A DNA stretch of 19,996 bases from a virus. The stretch is from UHGV virus genome UHGV-0195695; one strand, 5' to 3'. Positions within the stretch are counted from its first letter, which is position 1, and each line of letters opens with the position of its first letter. Shown here piece after piece: positions 1 to 7,776 of this stretch. Made by a program: the position numbers and the translations under genes. The notes beneath the pieces are model-generated. The model worked only from the letters and a program-made list of their open reading frames with translations, was not told the origin of the DNA and made no database searches.

Positions 1-64
1 ATTTCCATCTATAAGCCACCTCGATGTGGCGTCAATGAGTGTAGCACTGACTTTTGTTTCGTCC

Positions 65-87
65 ACAAAAAAGCCCGCAGCGCGGGT
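65..87 (-). terminator. Putative intrinsic terminator for leftward transcription
   Basis: GC-rich inverted repeat CCCGC/GCGGG at 74-86, preceded on the + strand by an A-run (65-72) that gives a U-tract on the - strand transcript. Confidence 0.35.
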
Positions 88-696
88 TTACCAAAACTTG
101 TACCACGGGGATTTATCCTTCAATGGACAATCCTTCCATCGTGTGGCCAGCCATTCATATTCTTTGTCTTTTCTTCAGTACCGGCTTTGCATCTTCTACA
201 CCCTGAAAGATGTCGTTTTATGGTGTATCTGATGATTTATTCCCTAACAATAGATATTCGAAAAATTAATCAGTTAAAACAATTATTTGGATAATTTCAG
301 GTAAAAACTATCTTAATCTACTGGTGGATCTCAATGCGCCGTGACGGTATCGGGATTAAGGGCGTGGATATTCGCGATATATGCCGCTACACCCCTCAAC
401 AGTAATAGATATGCGCTTTTCACGCTCTCCTTTCACTGCTGAGAACGGCAACAACGTGCCACAGGAACGCGCTGTAATCGATTCTGACGCACTTAATTGC
501 GTTGGGTAATGGTTTGCCAGCCTGTGGGGGTAACTCTGTTTTATGAGGCTTTGGCTATAGTGCAAAAATGCACTTTGTCTTGCCTCTCAATTTGATGAGA
601 CTGGAACGACAACAGGACAGACCACCAGCAACAGTTACCGTATTCAGCCGTTCTGTGGCACCAGTGGAACTATCCACCCCTGCTTTCAGCAATGTG

Positions 697-852
697 TTTG
701 CGGGTTATTTTGGGGCGTTTGCGGGTTATTTGGGATGTTTTGCGGGTTATGCGATGCTTGAATAATGAACAGTGCATTTTGCAACATATTGATACTAAAG
801 AACAAAAAATAGTTAGCACGCTAAGATAACCCGGTAACCCGCATAACCCGCA
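697..852. repeat. Iteron cluster copy 1 (ori/crr-like): direct GCGGGTTAT repeats, AT-rich spacer, inverted TAACCCGC repeats
   Basis: TTTGCGGGTTAT at 697-708, 718-729 and 739-750 (21-bp phasing); AT-rich spacer 760-825; inverted copies TAACCCGG/TAACCCGCA at 827-852. Same motif and architecture as the cluster at 9922-10051. Confidence 0.6.
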
Positions 853-1236
853 CTGTTTTGTATATATATACGAAAAATTGCATTCAGGAGGGGGGATCGA
901 AATCCCTACAACCCATTGCTTATGGGACCGCCGCCTCGTCAAATTTTTACACCCGCGAAATAAAAAAATACTTCACGCTGGTGGGCATGATGCTGATATG
1001 GGAGGGTTCCATAACGCCACCATTCGAAACTATGCAAATCTGCATAGAAAAGGGGATGCCTGATACAATACCCTCGCCCGATAAAATCACACCGATAAAC
1101 TCATCTGCCACGAGTAGAAAGAGCGAACGAACCCGATACGCAGTAATGCTTGTCGGGTCCAGCTTTTTAAGGCGGCTGTAGATATCAGGCCATCCGTGAT
1201 CATCCACCAGCGTAATTGCTGAACGCTTTAAAAAAA

Positions 1237-1260
1237 CGTGTACATAAGGGTGTACATAAT
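1237..1260. repeat. TGTACATA tandem site, copy A (candidate integrase arm-type or operator site)
   Basis: CGTGTACATAAGGGTGTACATAAT; 22/24 identical to 1449-1472 about 210 bp downstream. Confidence 0.55.
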
Positions 1261-1378
1261 CAAAAACCGCATTAGAAAGAAACCAGCTACAATGCGGCAT
1301 TGAAGCCAACACTCTACAAACAGATTCAGAATATCGAATAAGCTATCAGTAAAAATCACCAAGCAGCAAAAAAACACA

Positions 1379-1406
1379 AAGCCCGCGAAATGTCGGGCTT
1401 TTTTGT
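1379..1406 (+). terminator. Putative intrinsic terminator
   Basis: Stem GCCCG(1381-1385)/CGGGC(1394-1398) with 8-nt loop, extended by AA/TT, followed by a T-run at 1399-1405. Confidence 0.5.
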
Positions 1407-1448
1407 TATCATGAGCTATCATAACGACGCAACAAAGCGCACAATGTG

Positions 1449-1501
1449 CGTGTACATAGAGGTGTACATAATGACTTTCATGTACATTGCTTTATGTACA
1501 C
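1449..1501. promoter_or_regulatory. TGTACATA site array immediately upstream of the integrase start (copy B plus two extra half-sites)
   Basis: CGTGTACATAGAGGTGTACATAAT at 1449-1472, then ATGTACAT at 1480-1487 and ATGTACAC at 1494-1501; it ends about 30 bp before the int ATG at 1530. Confidence 0.5.
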
Positions 1502-1529
1502 ACCCATATTCGATATTCAGGTATTCGCA

Positions 1530-2798
1530 ATGCCAAAACTCACAGATATGCAGATCCGCGCATGGATAAAGGCGGGAGACAGATTTGATGGCAAGGCAGA
1601 CGGCAACGGCCTTTATATTTGCTACCCCAAAAACTACACAGTCCCGTTCTGGCGATTCCGCTATAAGCTCGCAGGAAAGCAGCGGGCTATGGTTATAGGC
1701 TCTTACTCCGAACTGTCACTATCAAAAGCCAGAGAAACAGCAAAAGAGCTGTCAGCCAGAGTTGCTCTTGGCTATGACGTAGCAGCAGAGAAACAGGAAC
1801 GGAAAGCTGAAGCATTGGCAAAAATGGAGGCTGAGAAAAACGCCATGCGCGTTTCAGATCTGGCCTCCGAATACTTCGAGCGCCAGATACTTCCGAGATG
1901 GAAACATCCCGATATCCTTCGCCGGAGAATTGATAAGGATATTAACCCCTGCATTGGGCATATGAAGGTAGAGGACGTTAAGCCACGCCATATTGACGAC
2001 ATGCTGAAAGGTATCGTTGACCGAGGAGCACCAACGATAGCAACAGATGTATTACGCTGGACACGCCGTATCTTTGACTATGGGATAAAACGCCATGCTC
2101 TGGAGATAAACCCTTGTTCAGCGTTTGAAGTATCTGATGCTGGTGGTAAAGAGGTTTCCCGTGACCGTTGGCTAACTCGCGATGAGCTTATCAGGCTATT
2201 CGAGGCTATGCGCACCGCAAAAGGATTCAGCCGCCAGAACGAACTGACATTTAAGCTATTGCTGGCACTGTGCGTTCGTAAGATGGAGTTATGCGCCGCA
2301 CGATGGGAAGAGTTTGATTTAGATGGTGCGGTATGGCATTTGCCGGAAGAACGCAGCAAAAACGGAGACCCTATTGATATACCTCTACCTTCTCCAGCCG
2401 TTGAATGGTTGAGAGAGCTACACACCTTTTCATGTAATAGCGCATGGGTGCTTCCGGCCAGGAAGATGCAAAACAGAATGATCCCACATATTCAGGAAAG
2501 CACTTTACCCGTAGCACTGGCTAAGGTTCGCGCCGAAATGCCGGATGTGCCTAATTTCACGATTCACGACTTCCGGCGTACCGCACGTACTCATTTAGCA
2601 GCATTGGGGGTTGATCCTGTCGTAGCGGAACGATGCCTCAATCATCGCATTAAGGGTGTAGAGGGGATTTATAACCGCCATCAGTATTTTGATGAGCGTA
2701 AAGCTGCGCTGGCACAGTGGGCTGATCTGCTGGTGGAACTGGAAAGCGGAAATGACTACAACGTAACGCCATTCGATAAAGCCCGGAGGCAAATGTGA
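1530..2798 (+). CDS. int: Tyrosine recombinase, P4-type phage integrase (422 aa)
   Basis: N-terminal block LTD..I.A.K...DG.GL.....W.FRY..AGKQR...IGSY..LSL..AR characteristic of P4-family integrases; C-terminal catalytic region with HDFRRTARTHL and a tyrosine in GIYNRHQY. Start chosen at the internal ATG 1530 (MPKLTDMQIRAW), not the upstream in-frame extension from 1446, which reads through the TGTACATA repeats. Confidence 0.93.
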   Translation: MPKLTDMQIRAWIKAGDRFDGKADGNGLYICYPKNYTVPFWRFRYKLAGKQRAMVIGSYSELSLSKARETAKELSARVALGYDVAAEKQERKAEALAKMEAEKNAMRVSDLASEYFERQILPRWKHPDILRRRIDKDINPCIGHMKVEDVKPRHIDDMLKGIVDRGAPTIATDVLRWTRRIFDYGIKRHALEINPCSAFEVSDAGGKEVSRDRWLTRDELIRLFEAMRTAKGFSRQNELTFKLLLALCVRKMELCAARWEEFDLDGAVWHLPEERSKNGDPIDIPLPSPAVEWLRELHTFSCNSAWVLPARKMQNRMIPHIQESTLPVALAKVRAEMPDVPNFTIHDFRRTARTHLAALGVDPVVAERCLNHRIKGVEGIYNRHQYFDERKAALAQWADLLVELESGNDYNVTPFDKARRQM

Positions 2799-3445
2799 AC
2801 AACATCTTGAGAAAATCGCCAATCGAACGGCTTTGTTCATCTGTATCGATTACCCCTCATGAAATGGCTGTGGCCTTGGCTGGCCTAAACCCATCTATGC
2901 GCATTAGCGATGTGCCTGAGGAAAATTTCGAATATGTCGATTTTGTCAGAACTCATCTTGCCAGAGCTATCAAGGTGTACAGAGGTGAAAAAACTAGTAA
3001 AGACGAGCCTTGCCATGCCCTTGATATTTTCTTAGCTTCTTACCCATTTATTGACACAAATACACCAGAAATAATTGTTCAGAAAATATCAGAAGCGATT
3101 GATGATTTGCGTGGCACCAAGGGCTGGGAAGAAAAAGCCCGAAACCTTGGAGGACTCCAGTTAGTAAACTACATCAAAGAAACCAACCGCAGCGGACGTG
3201 GGCAGCATAGAAAGCAGGATGAGGAAAACGGGACAATGAAAATGATGGGGTTGATAGTACATCTGCTGATAAAAAAATCAGGCTCATCTTCCTACATCCA
3301 AAATGGGAAACCTAATCGCACAGCTATATACCGTGACATAGAAACCTTAATCAAGGATGAAGGGATATCCCATAAAGGAATAGCAAAAGCCACATTCCTA
3401 GAAAAAATCTCACGGGCTTTATTAGCTGTCCACGATCTCGACTAA
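2795..3445 (+). CDS. Hypothetical protein (216 aa), low-GC orphan ORF between int and alpA
   Basis: Long ORF with a GTG start overlapping the int stop (2795-2797 GTG, int stop 2796-2798). Clearly more AT-rich than its neighbours. I recognise no motif in it. Confidence 0.55.
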   Translation: MNNILRKSPIERLCSSVSITPHEMAVALAGLNPSMRISDVPEENFEYVDFVRTHLARAIKVYRGEKTSKDEPCHALDIFLASYPFIDTNTPEIIVQKISEAIDDLRGTKGWEEKARNLGGLQLVNYIKETNRSGRGQHRKQDEENGTMKMMGLIVHLLIKKSGSSSYIQNGKPNRTAIYRDIETLIKDEGISHKGIAKATFLEKISRALLAVHDLD

Positions 3446-3916
3446 TCACTTTTCACGCCCCTCCAAAGCAATGGCGGGGCATTACCTGTTTACCCATCTC
3501 CACCAGCATAGATAATTCTATGCCTAGCCATTGCTATATCTGTTCGGCTTAGTTCATCTGTAATCACCCCATCTCTAAAAGATACGCCAGCTATCATTAG
3601 CCATTTTAAGCCATCATGAGCCATTATAAACCGACTCAACCAATTGAATAATAAAAGATAAAAGGAAATGTAAAAACATGATGAATGACGATGAAAGATA
3701 TAACTCTTTGATAAAACAATGATTTTTTAAACTGGTAACTAATTGAAAATAAAGAAAATAATTATCCCACCTGCATTTGCAATCTTTCAGTGGATCGGTG
3801 TTTTTTCAATAGATTTATAATTTCTTTCAATAGATTCTAGTCTTAATAGAAATACTGTATGGGCAACCACTAAACTTTAAGTAACTTCATGAGCTATCAG
3901 AGAGGTTACTAGAGAT

Positions 3917-4135
3917 ATGACAGCACACAAGCCAGCATCATCAGCTATCCCAACAACTGGATACATCCGTCGCTTTCGCATGCCGGAATTGCTAGGTGTT
4001 TCACTGCCTACTATTGATAGATGGGTTAAAAATGGCACTCTTCCACGCCCAGTGAAGCTGACAGATAACGTGACTGCGTTTGATGCGGTGGAAATTAATA
4101 ACTGGCTGGCAGAACGCCGAAACACATCAGCCTGA
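3917..4135 (+). CDS. alpA: AlpA-family phage transcriptional regulator / excisionase-like HTH protein (72 aa)
   Basis: YIRRFRMPELLGVSLPTIDRWVKNGTLPRPVKL...AFDAVEINNWL matches the AlpA-type HTH pattern; GAGAGG RBS upstream; canonical position downstream of a P4-type int. Confidence 0.8.
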   Translation: MTAHKPASSAIPTTGYIRRFRMPELLGVSLPTIDRWVKNGTLPRPVKLTDNVTAFDAVEINNWLAERRNTSA

Positions 4136-4209
4136 TTAAATGACTACGGGGGATGACGTTCAACCCCACCAGCAAACAAAAGTAACTTAATTTAATAGCA
4201 GGTGTTTTT

Positions 4210-4908
4210 ATGAAACTGCGAAAAACGCCCGTACAGGGGCAGGGCTTCGTTCGGCCTGAAACCAGCATGAGCGATATTCTGGTTCGCCACAAAGCGGAGT
4301 CGCGCATTGATTCCCGCTTATTTGCTGAGCGTATTGGCATAAAGCACAAAAACCTTTATTCGCTCATTCAGAAGCACAAAACCGGATTGCGTGAACTGGG
4401 CATCCTTCCGTTTCAAACGGAGCGATTAAAAACCCGTCAAAACGGGGAGCGTGAACATAAGTTTGCCCTCCTGAATAGCGATCAGTTTGATTACATGTGT
4501 CGCATTGTGCGCGGTCGTGATGATGAACGCATGAACCGCTTCAAGCTGGATGTTACGAAGGCATTCGCAAAACATCGCGCTACCGAGCCTGTACGCCGTG
4601 AATATCTGCCAGGCTATCACGAAAGCCGTGACGGGCTTAAAGCACTGGGCGCAGAACGTCACCATTACATCAATCTGGCACGCGCAGAGAACCGTGTTAC
4701 AGGTCTGGTAACTGGCGAACGAGGCACAGCCAGCGAGCAGCAGTTAGGCTTGCTGATTGTCATGCAGAAAATCGAACAGGCCGCATTTGAGGAGGCGATA
4801 CAGAACGGCATGACACCTACCGAAGCAGTGCGGGAGGTTGCCCGACGCATGGAGACATTCGCCAGCCTGATGACATCTGAGCCGTATCTGGGGGTAAATC
4901 ATGCTTAA
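4210..4908 (+). CDS. Rha-family phage regulatory protein (antirepressor-type)
   Basis: Residues from MSDILVRHKAESRIDSRLFAERIGIKHKNLYSLIQKH ... FQTE ... NGEREHKFALLNSDQFDYMCRIVRG ... FKLDVTKAF follow the Rha-domain pattern. The true start may be the internal ATG at 4264; 4210 has the better RBS (AGGTG). Confidence 0.7.
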   Translation: MKLRKTPVQGQGFVRPETSMSDILVRHKAESRIDSRLFAERIGIKHKNLYSLIQKHKTGLRELGILPFQTERLKTRQNGEREHKFALLNSDQFDYMCRIVRGRDDERMNRFKLDVTKAFAKHRATEPVRREYLPGYHESRDGLKALGAERHHYINLARAENRVTGLVTGERGTASEQQLGLLIVMQKIEQAAFEEAIQNGMTPTEAVREVARRMETFASLMTSEPYLGVNHA

Positions 4909-5644
4909 GGATTTCGCCGCAATTATTCCGGTATCACCTGGCATTATTGGCGGACATGAAACAGCCATTGTCAGCGCCAGAGCGTTACATAAGGCGCTTG
5001 GTGTGAAGCGTGATTTCACTACATGGATTAAAGGGCGTATTGATCAGTACGGATTTAAAAATGGCGTGGATTTTGAGTTTGTAGAAAATTTGACCTCCCC
5101 CAATCCGGTGAGCGCAAAATCTCGCCAACGTGTAGAGCACGACTACCTGAGTACCATCAACATGGCGAAAGAACTTGCGATGGTCGAGCGTACCGAACAG
5201 GGCCGCGCTATTCGTCAGTACTTCATCAAATGCGAGGAGGAGCTACACAAAGTAGCGCCAGTGCGTTCCGCAGCGTTACGCCGTGAACTGAAAGCCCGTA
5301 TTACCGTTGCCAGCTACTTTAAGCCGATGTGTGCCGCGCTGGAGGCGTACCGCGCTGAACTGGGTAAAAACACGCTCCAGCACCACTACACCACGGAAGC
5401 CAATATGCTGGCGCGTATCGTGCTGGGTGGCATGACTGCAAAACAGTGGGCGCAGGCGAACGGCATCACAGGCGAACCACGCGACCACATGAGCACGCTG
5501 CAGCTTGAGCACCTTTCTTACCTTGAGCAGAGCAATATCACGCTGATTGAGTTAGGCCAGGACTACCACCAGCGGAAAGCTGAATTAATTCGCCTTTCGC
5601 AACGCTGGTTAGCCCGCCGCATGGAGGTGAGCAGCCATGCGTAA
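4901..5644 (+). CDS. Phage antirepressor, AntA-like N-terminal domain with ORF6C/KilAC-like C-terminal region (247 aa)
   Basis: ARALHKALGVKRDFTTWIKGRIDQYGFKNGVDF is an AntA-type block; downstream LSTINMAKELAMVERTEQGRAIRQYFIKCEEEL resembles the ORF6C/KilAC region. Start overlaps the upstream gene by 8 nt. Confidence 0.75.
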   Translation: MLKDFAAIIPVSPGIIGGHETAIVSARALHKALGVKRDFTTWIKGRIDQYGFKNGVDFEFVENLTSPNPVSAKSRQRVEHDYLSTINMAKELAMVERTEQGRAIRQYFIKCEEELHKVAPVRSAALRRELKARITVASYFKPMCAALEAYRAELGKNTLQHHYTTEANMLARIVLGGMTAKQWAQANGITGEPRDHMSTLQLEHLSYLEQSNITLIELGQDYHQRKAELIRLSQRWLARRMEVSSHA

Positions 5645-6194
5645 ACCTGTCTTTTATGCCGGTCGCACTGAAATCTCTGTCATTAAATTCGATGACATTC
5701 AGGTGCGCATAGTGAGTATCAACGGCGAGCCGTGGTTTGTTGGCGCTGATGTGTGTGCCGCGCTGGAAATCAGCAATGTTACTGATGCCGTTTCAGTTCT
5801 GGATAACGATGAGGTAATGACCCTAGCTTTAACCGAGGGTCATTCCGGTAAGCGTGGTGGTGCCAGAAGCTGGAATGTTGTCTCTGAATCAGGTTTCTAC
5901 AAACTGATCGCCCGCAGCCGTAAAGCTTCCACACCAGGCACATTTGCGCACCGTTTCAGTAACTGGGTATTCCGCGAGGTGATTCCTTCAATCCGCAAAA
6001 CGGGGGGTTATGGTGTTCCGTTTGCCATGCTGAATGATTTCAGTAAACGTCAGGCTGCATATCAACAGGAAGCCAGCAAACGCGGTTACAGGTTACAGCA
6101 ATGCAAAGAGGCAAAAGATGCACTGGAACGAGAAGAGCGGGCGCTATGGCGTAAATATCAGCCTGATTTTCTGGAGGGTGAAAACAATGTGTAA
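5637..6194 (+). CDS. Bro-N domain protein (phage antirepressor-like), 185 aa
   Basis: F..DDIQVRIVSINGEPWFVGADVCAALEI ... SESGFYKLIARSRKA ... FSNWVFREVIPSIRKTGGY is the classic Bro-N signature; GGAGGTGAG RBS; start overlaps the upstream stop. Confidence 0.8.
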   Translation: MRKPVFYAGRTEISVIKFDDIQVRIVSINGEPWFVGADVCAALEISNVTDAVSVLDNDEVMTLALTEGHSGKRGGARSWNVVSESGFYKLIARSRKASTPGTFAHRFSNWVFREVIPSIRKTGGYGVPFAMLNDFSKRQAAYQQEASKRGYRLQQCKEAKDALEREERALWRKYQPDFLEGENNV

Positions 6195-6243
6195 CGATCC
6201 GAACGTTACAGAAAGAAAAAGCGCTACGTTGCTGGATAACTGG

Positions 6244-6272
6244 CAAAACAAAGGCGACCGGGATAGGTCGCC
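6244..6272 (-). terminator. Putative intrinsic terminator for the leftward regulator gene
   Basis: Perfect inverted repeat GGCGACC(6253-6259)/GGTCGCC(6266-6272) with 6-nt loop, preceded on the + strand by AAAACAAA (a U-rich tract on the - strand transcript). Confidence 0.45.
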
Positions 6273-6362
6273 AGTGGGAACAAAGGAAATCAAACGCATC
6301 GCCAACAATGCCACATTTGCGGCTGGTGGGCAATGTGATCAGTGTGCTGGCTTGCTGGTGGG

Positions 6363-6668
6363 CTATTCCTGCTCTTTGGCTTTGCGCCGCTGGAGTTCTT
6401 CACGCGCAACGGCGACGAGTTGCCCGATCTCCTCGGCAGCTTTGACACCGATTTTTTCCACCTGCGCCAGTGCATCGAGCGAAGAAACCAGGGGATTTTC
6501 TCCTCTTCCTTCTGCCTGGCGGCGGGCGATCTCACCGCGCATGGCGGTTACGATGAATCCGGCGTTGCTTTCGCCGTCCAGTTTTACGGATTCCATGCCT
6601 TCAAAAGCATCATGTGGGATACGAATTGAAATCTGTTTTGATTTGTCGTTGATAGTGTTTTTTGCCAT
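6363..6668 (-). CDS. Small divergently transcribed protein (101 aa), candidate repressor/regulator
   Basis: ORF with AGGAGA RBS 6 nt upstream of ATG (MAKNTINDK...); diverges from the rightward operon across a region carrying palindromic operator-like sites. Function is inferred from position only. Confidence 0.55.
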   Translation of the reverse strand: MAKNTINDKSKQISIRIPHDAFEGMESVKLDGESNAGFIVTAMRGEIARRQAEGRGENPLVSSLDALAQVEKIGVKAAEEIGQLVAVAREELQRRKAKEQE

Positions 6669-6690
6669 GTGCATTCTCCTAAACAAAAGA

Positions 6691-6766
6691 TGTGATTCAG
6701 TATACACAAAAAAGAATCACAAAAAACACTTGACCTGTGATTCGGTTGAATTTAATTTAAATCACA
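6691..6766. promoter_or_regulatory. Divergent promoter region with two palindromic operator-like sites
   Basis: TGTGATTC(6691-6698)-15 bp-GAATCACA(6714-6721) and TGTGATTC(6736-6743)-16 bp-AATCACA(6760-6766); -35-like TTGACC at 6730-6735 for the rightward promoter; TATACT (complement of 6699-6704) as a -10-like element for leftward transcription. Confidence 0.5.
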
Positions 6767-6855
6767 CCTCAGTAAGAGGATGTAAACGACAACGCCCCGA
6801 ACTGTTTGCGGCAGTAGTGGGGCGTCTAACCAAACCGTTAAATGAGGTAACGATT

Positions 6856-7221
6856 ATGGCTGGAACACAGCATACCCAAACTCACCCCGAATTTATATAC
6901 ACCTGTACGGCACTACACCGCGACCGCATGGCTGACGGCGTAACTACGGTACACGTAGCCGCTGACACGCTGGTTGATGCCCGCAGGATGGTTAAAGAGA
7001 TGGGCTACGTTGCGGCGTTCTGGAAAGGGCGCAAAGAAAACACGCTGTTTATTCAGAAATGCGAAAACAATTTTATCTGGCGTTTTATCGCCCTGAGCAC
7101 TGCACAACCGCGCGTGATTACCATTGAGGCCACCAGCGAACAGGAAGCACGTCAGCAATCTCCGGCTGGCTGCGTGATGGTATTTACTGCCCGCATCCGT
7201 CAGGGGGAACACTATGCGTGA
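6856..7221 (+). CDS. Icd-like / Ash-family-like small protein (121 aa) with an internal tandem duplication
   Basis: GAGG RBS before ATG 6856. Two similar halves (FIYTCTALHRDR...VHVAADTLVDARRMV and FIWRFIALSTAQPRV...IEATSEQEARQQS) resemble the short Icd-like proteins I recall from P4-type islands. The 395-aa track ORF 6034..7221 is a read-through artefact. Confidence 0.5.
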   Translation: MAGTQHTQTHPEFIYTCTALHRDRMADGVTTVHVAADTLVDARRMVKEMGYVAAFWKGRKENTLFIQKCENNFIWRFIALSTAQPRVITIEATSEQEARQQSPAGCVMVFTARIRQGEHYA

Positions 7222-7471
7222 TGAACGATTTATTCTTCTGGAGCAAAAATTCAGCGAAGCGCCAAAAAATGAAATTGATGCTCTTTTGCATATCGCGAAT
7301 ATGCTAAAAGTAGCAACGTTCCTTATAGTTTCGAATCTGGAGCATGAAACGGCGTTAGATATACTGAACAGTGCTGTCGATTATTCTGAATATATTGCCG
7401 AGGATAAATACAGGCAATTACCAGATTTGTTAGCCCATAAATATAAAGAAGAACCTCACACCGGGAAATAA
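7214..7471 (+). CDS. Hypothetical protein (85 aa)
   Basis: ORF translationally coupled to the upstream gene (ATG 7214 overlaps the stop at 7219-7221); AT-rich; no recognised motif. Confidence 0.45.
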   Translation: MRDERFILLEQKFSEAPKNEIDALLHIANMLKVATFLIVSNLEHETALDILNSAVDYSEYIAEDKYRQLPDLLAHKYKEEPHTGK

Positions 7472-7473
7472 AC

Positions 7474-7776
7474 ATGAAGAAGATTAAATTTACTGGCTTA
7501 AATGCCAGCGGACAGACTCACCCGAAAATCAGGATCGGGGATATTTTCCGGGATAAATATGGCGACAGCGTGGTTATTAATTCCGTGTATGAACGGCACA
7601 TTACATACCGCCGCGCAGGGTACGACTATGACTGTGTGATGCCCGTTCATCAGTTCCGGCGTGATTTTTCACTGGTATGTGCAGCACCACGCAGTAAGCC
7701 CACCAGTAAAGAGAAAGCACGGGCAAATATTCAGGTAATAAAGAACATGATTAACGCATTCAGGGGCAAGAAATGA
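7474..7776 (+). CDS. Hypothetical small protein (100 aa), possibly DUF4222-like
   Basis: ORF in operon context; its stop overlaps the start of the replication gene (ATGA). Motif IRIGDIFRDKYGDSVVINSV is loosely reminiscent of small prophage DUF proteins. Confidence 0.45.
   Translation: MKKIKFTGLNASGQTHPKIRIGDIFRDKYGDSVVINSVYERHITYRRAGYDYDCVMPVHQFRRDFSLVCAAPRSKPTSKEKARANIQVIKNMINAFRGKK

Noticed and set aside
26-232. 68-aa plus-strand ORF at the window start
   Set aside because: It spans the leftward terminator hairpin at 65-87, has no RBS and no recognisable features.
885-925. tRNA-like 3' fragment (GGGGGATCGAAATCCC looks like a T-arm)
   Set aside because: The loop does not fit the canonical T-loop consensus, no acceptor stem or CCA-compatible end could be paired, and no full cloverleaf could be built by eye; a dedicated tRNA scan is needed before calling it.
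568-942. Track ORFs 568..765 (+) and 670..942 (-)
   Set aside because: Both read straight through the GCGGGTTAT iteron repeats, producing repetitive peptide (FAGYFGAFAGYLGCFAGY); they have no RBS and overlap each other.
947-1312. 121-aa minus-strand ORF
   Set aside because: Its N-terminal part is encoded by the TGTACATA repeat array (VHPYVHVF), it has no clear RBS, and I recognise no family; it could be a truncated host gene at a junction but that is unsupported.
3457-3480. Hairpin GCCCC...GGGGC after the orphan ORF as a terminator
   Set aside because: The loop is about 14 nt and no T-tract follows, so it is not a convincing intrinsic terminator.
6034-7221. 395-aa ORF on the + strand in the track
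   Set aside because: It runs through an intergenic region, overlaps the well-supported minus-strand gene 6363-6668 and the divergent promoter, and only its last 121 codons (from the ATG at 6856 with an RBS) look like a real gene.
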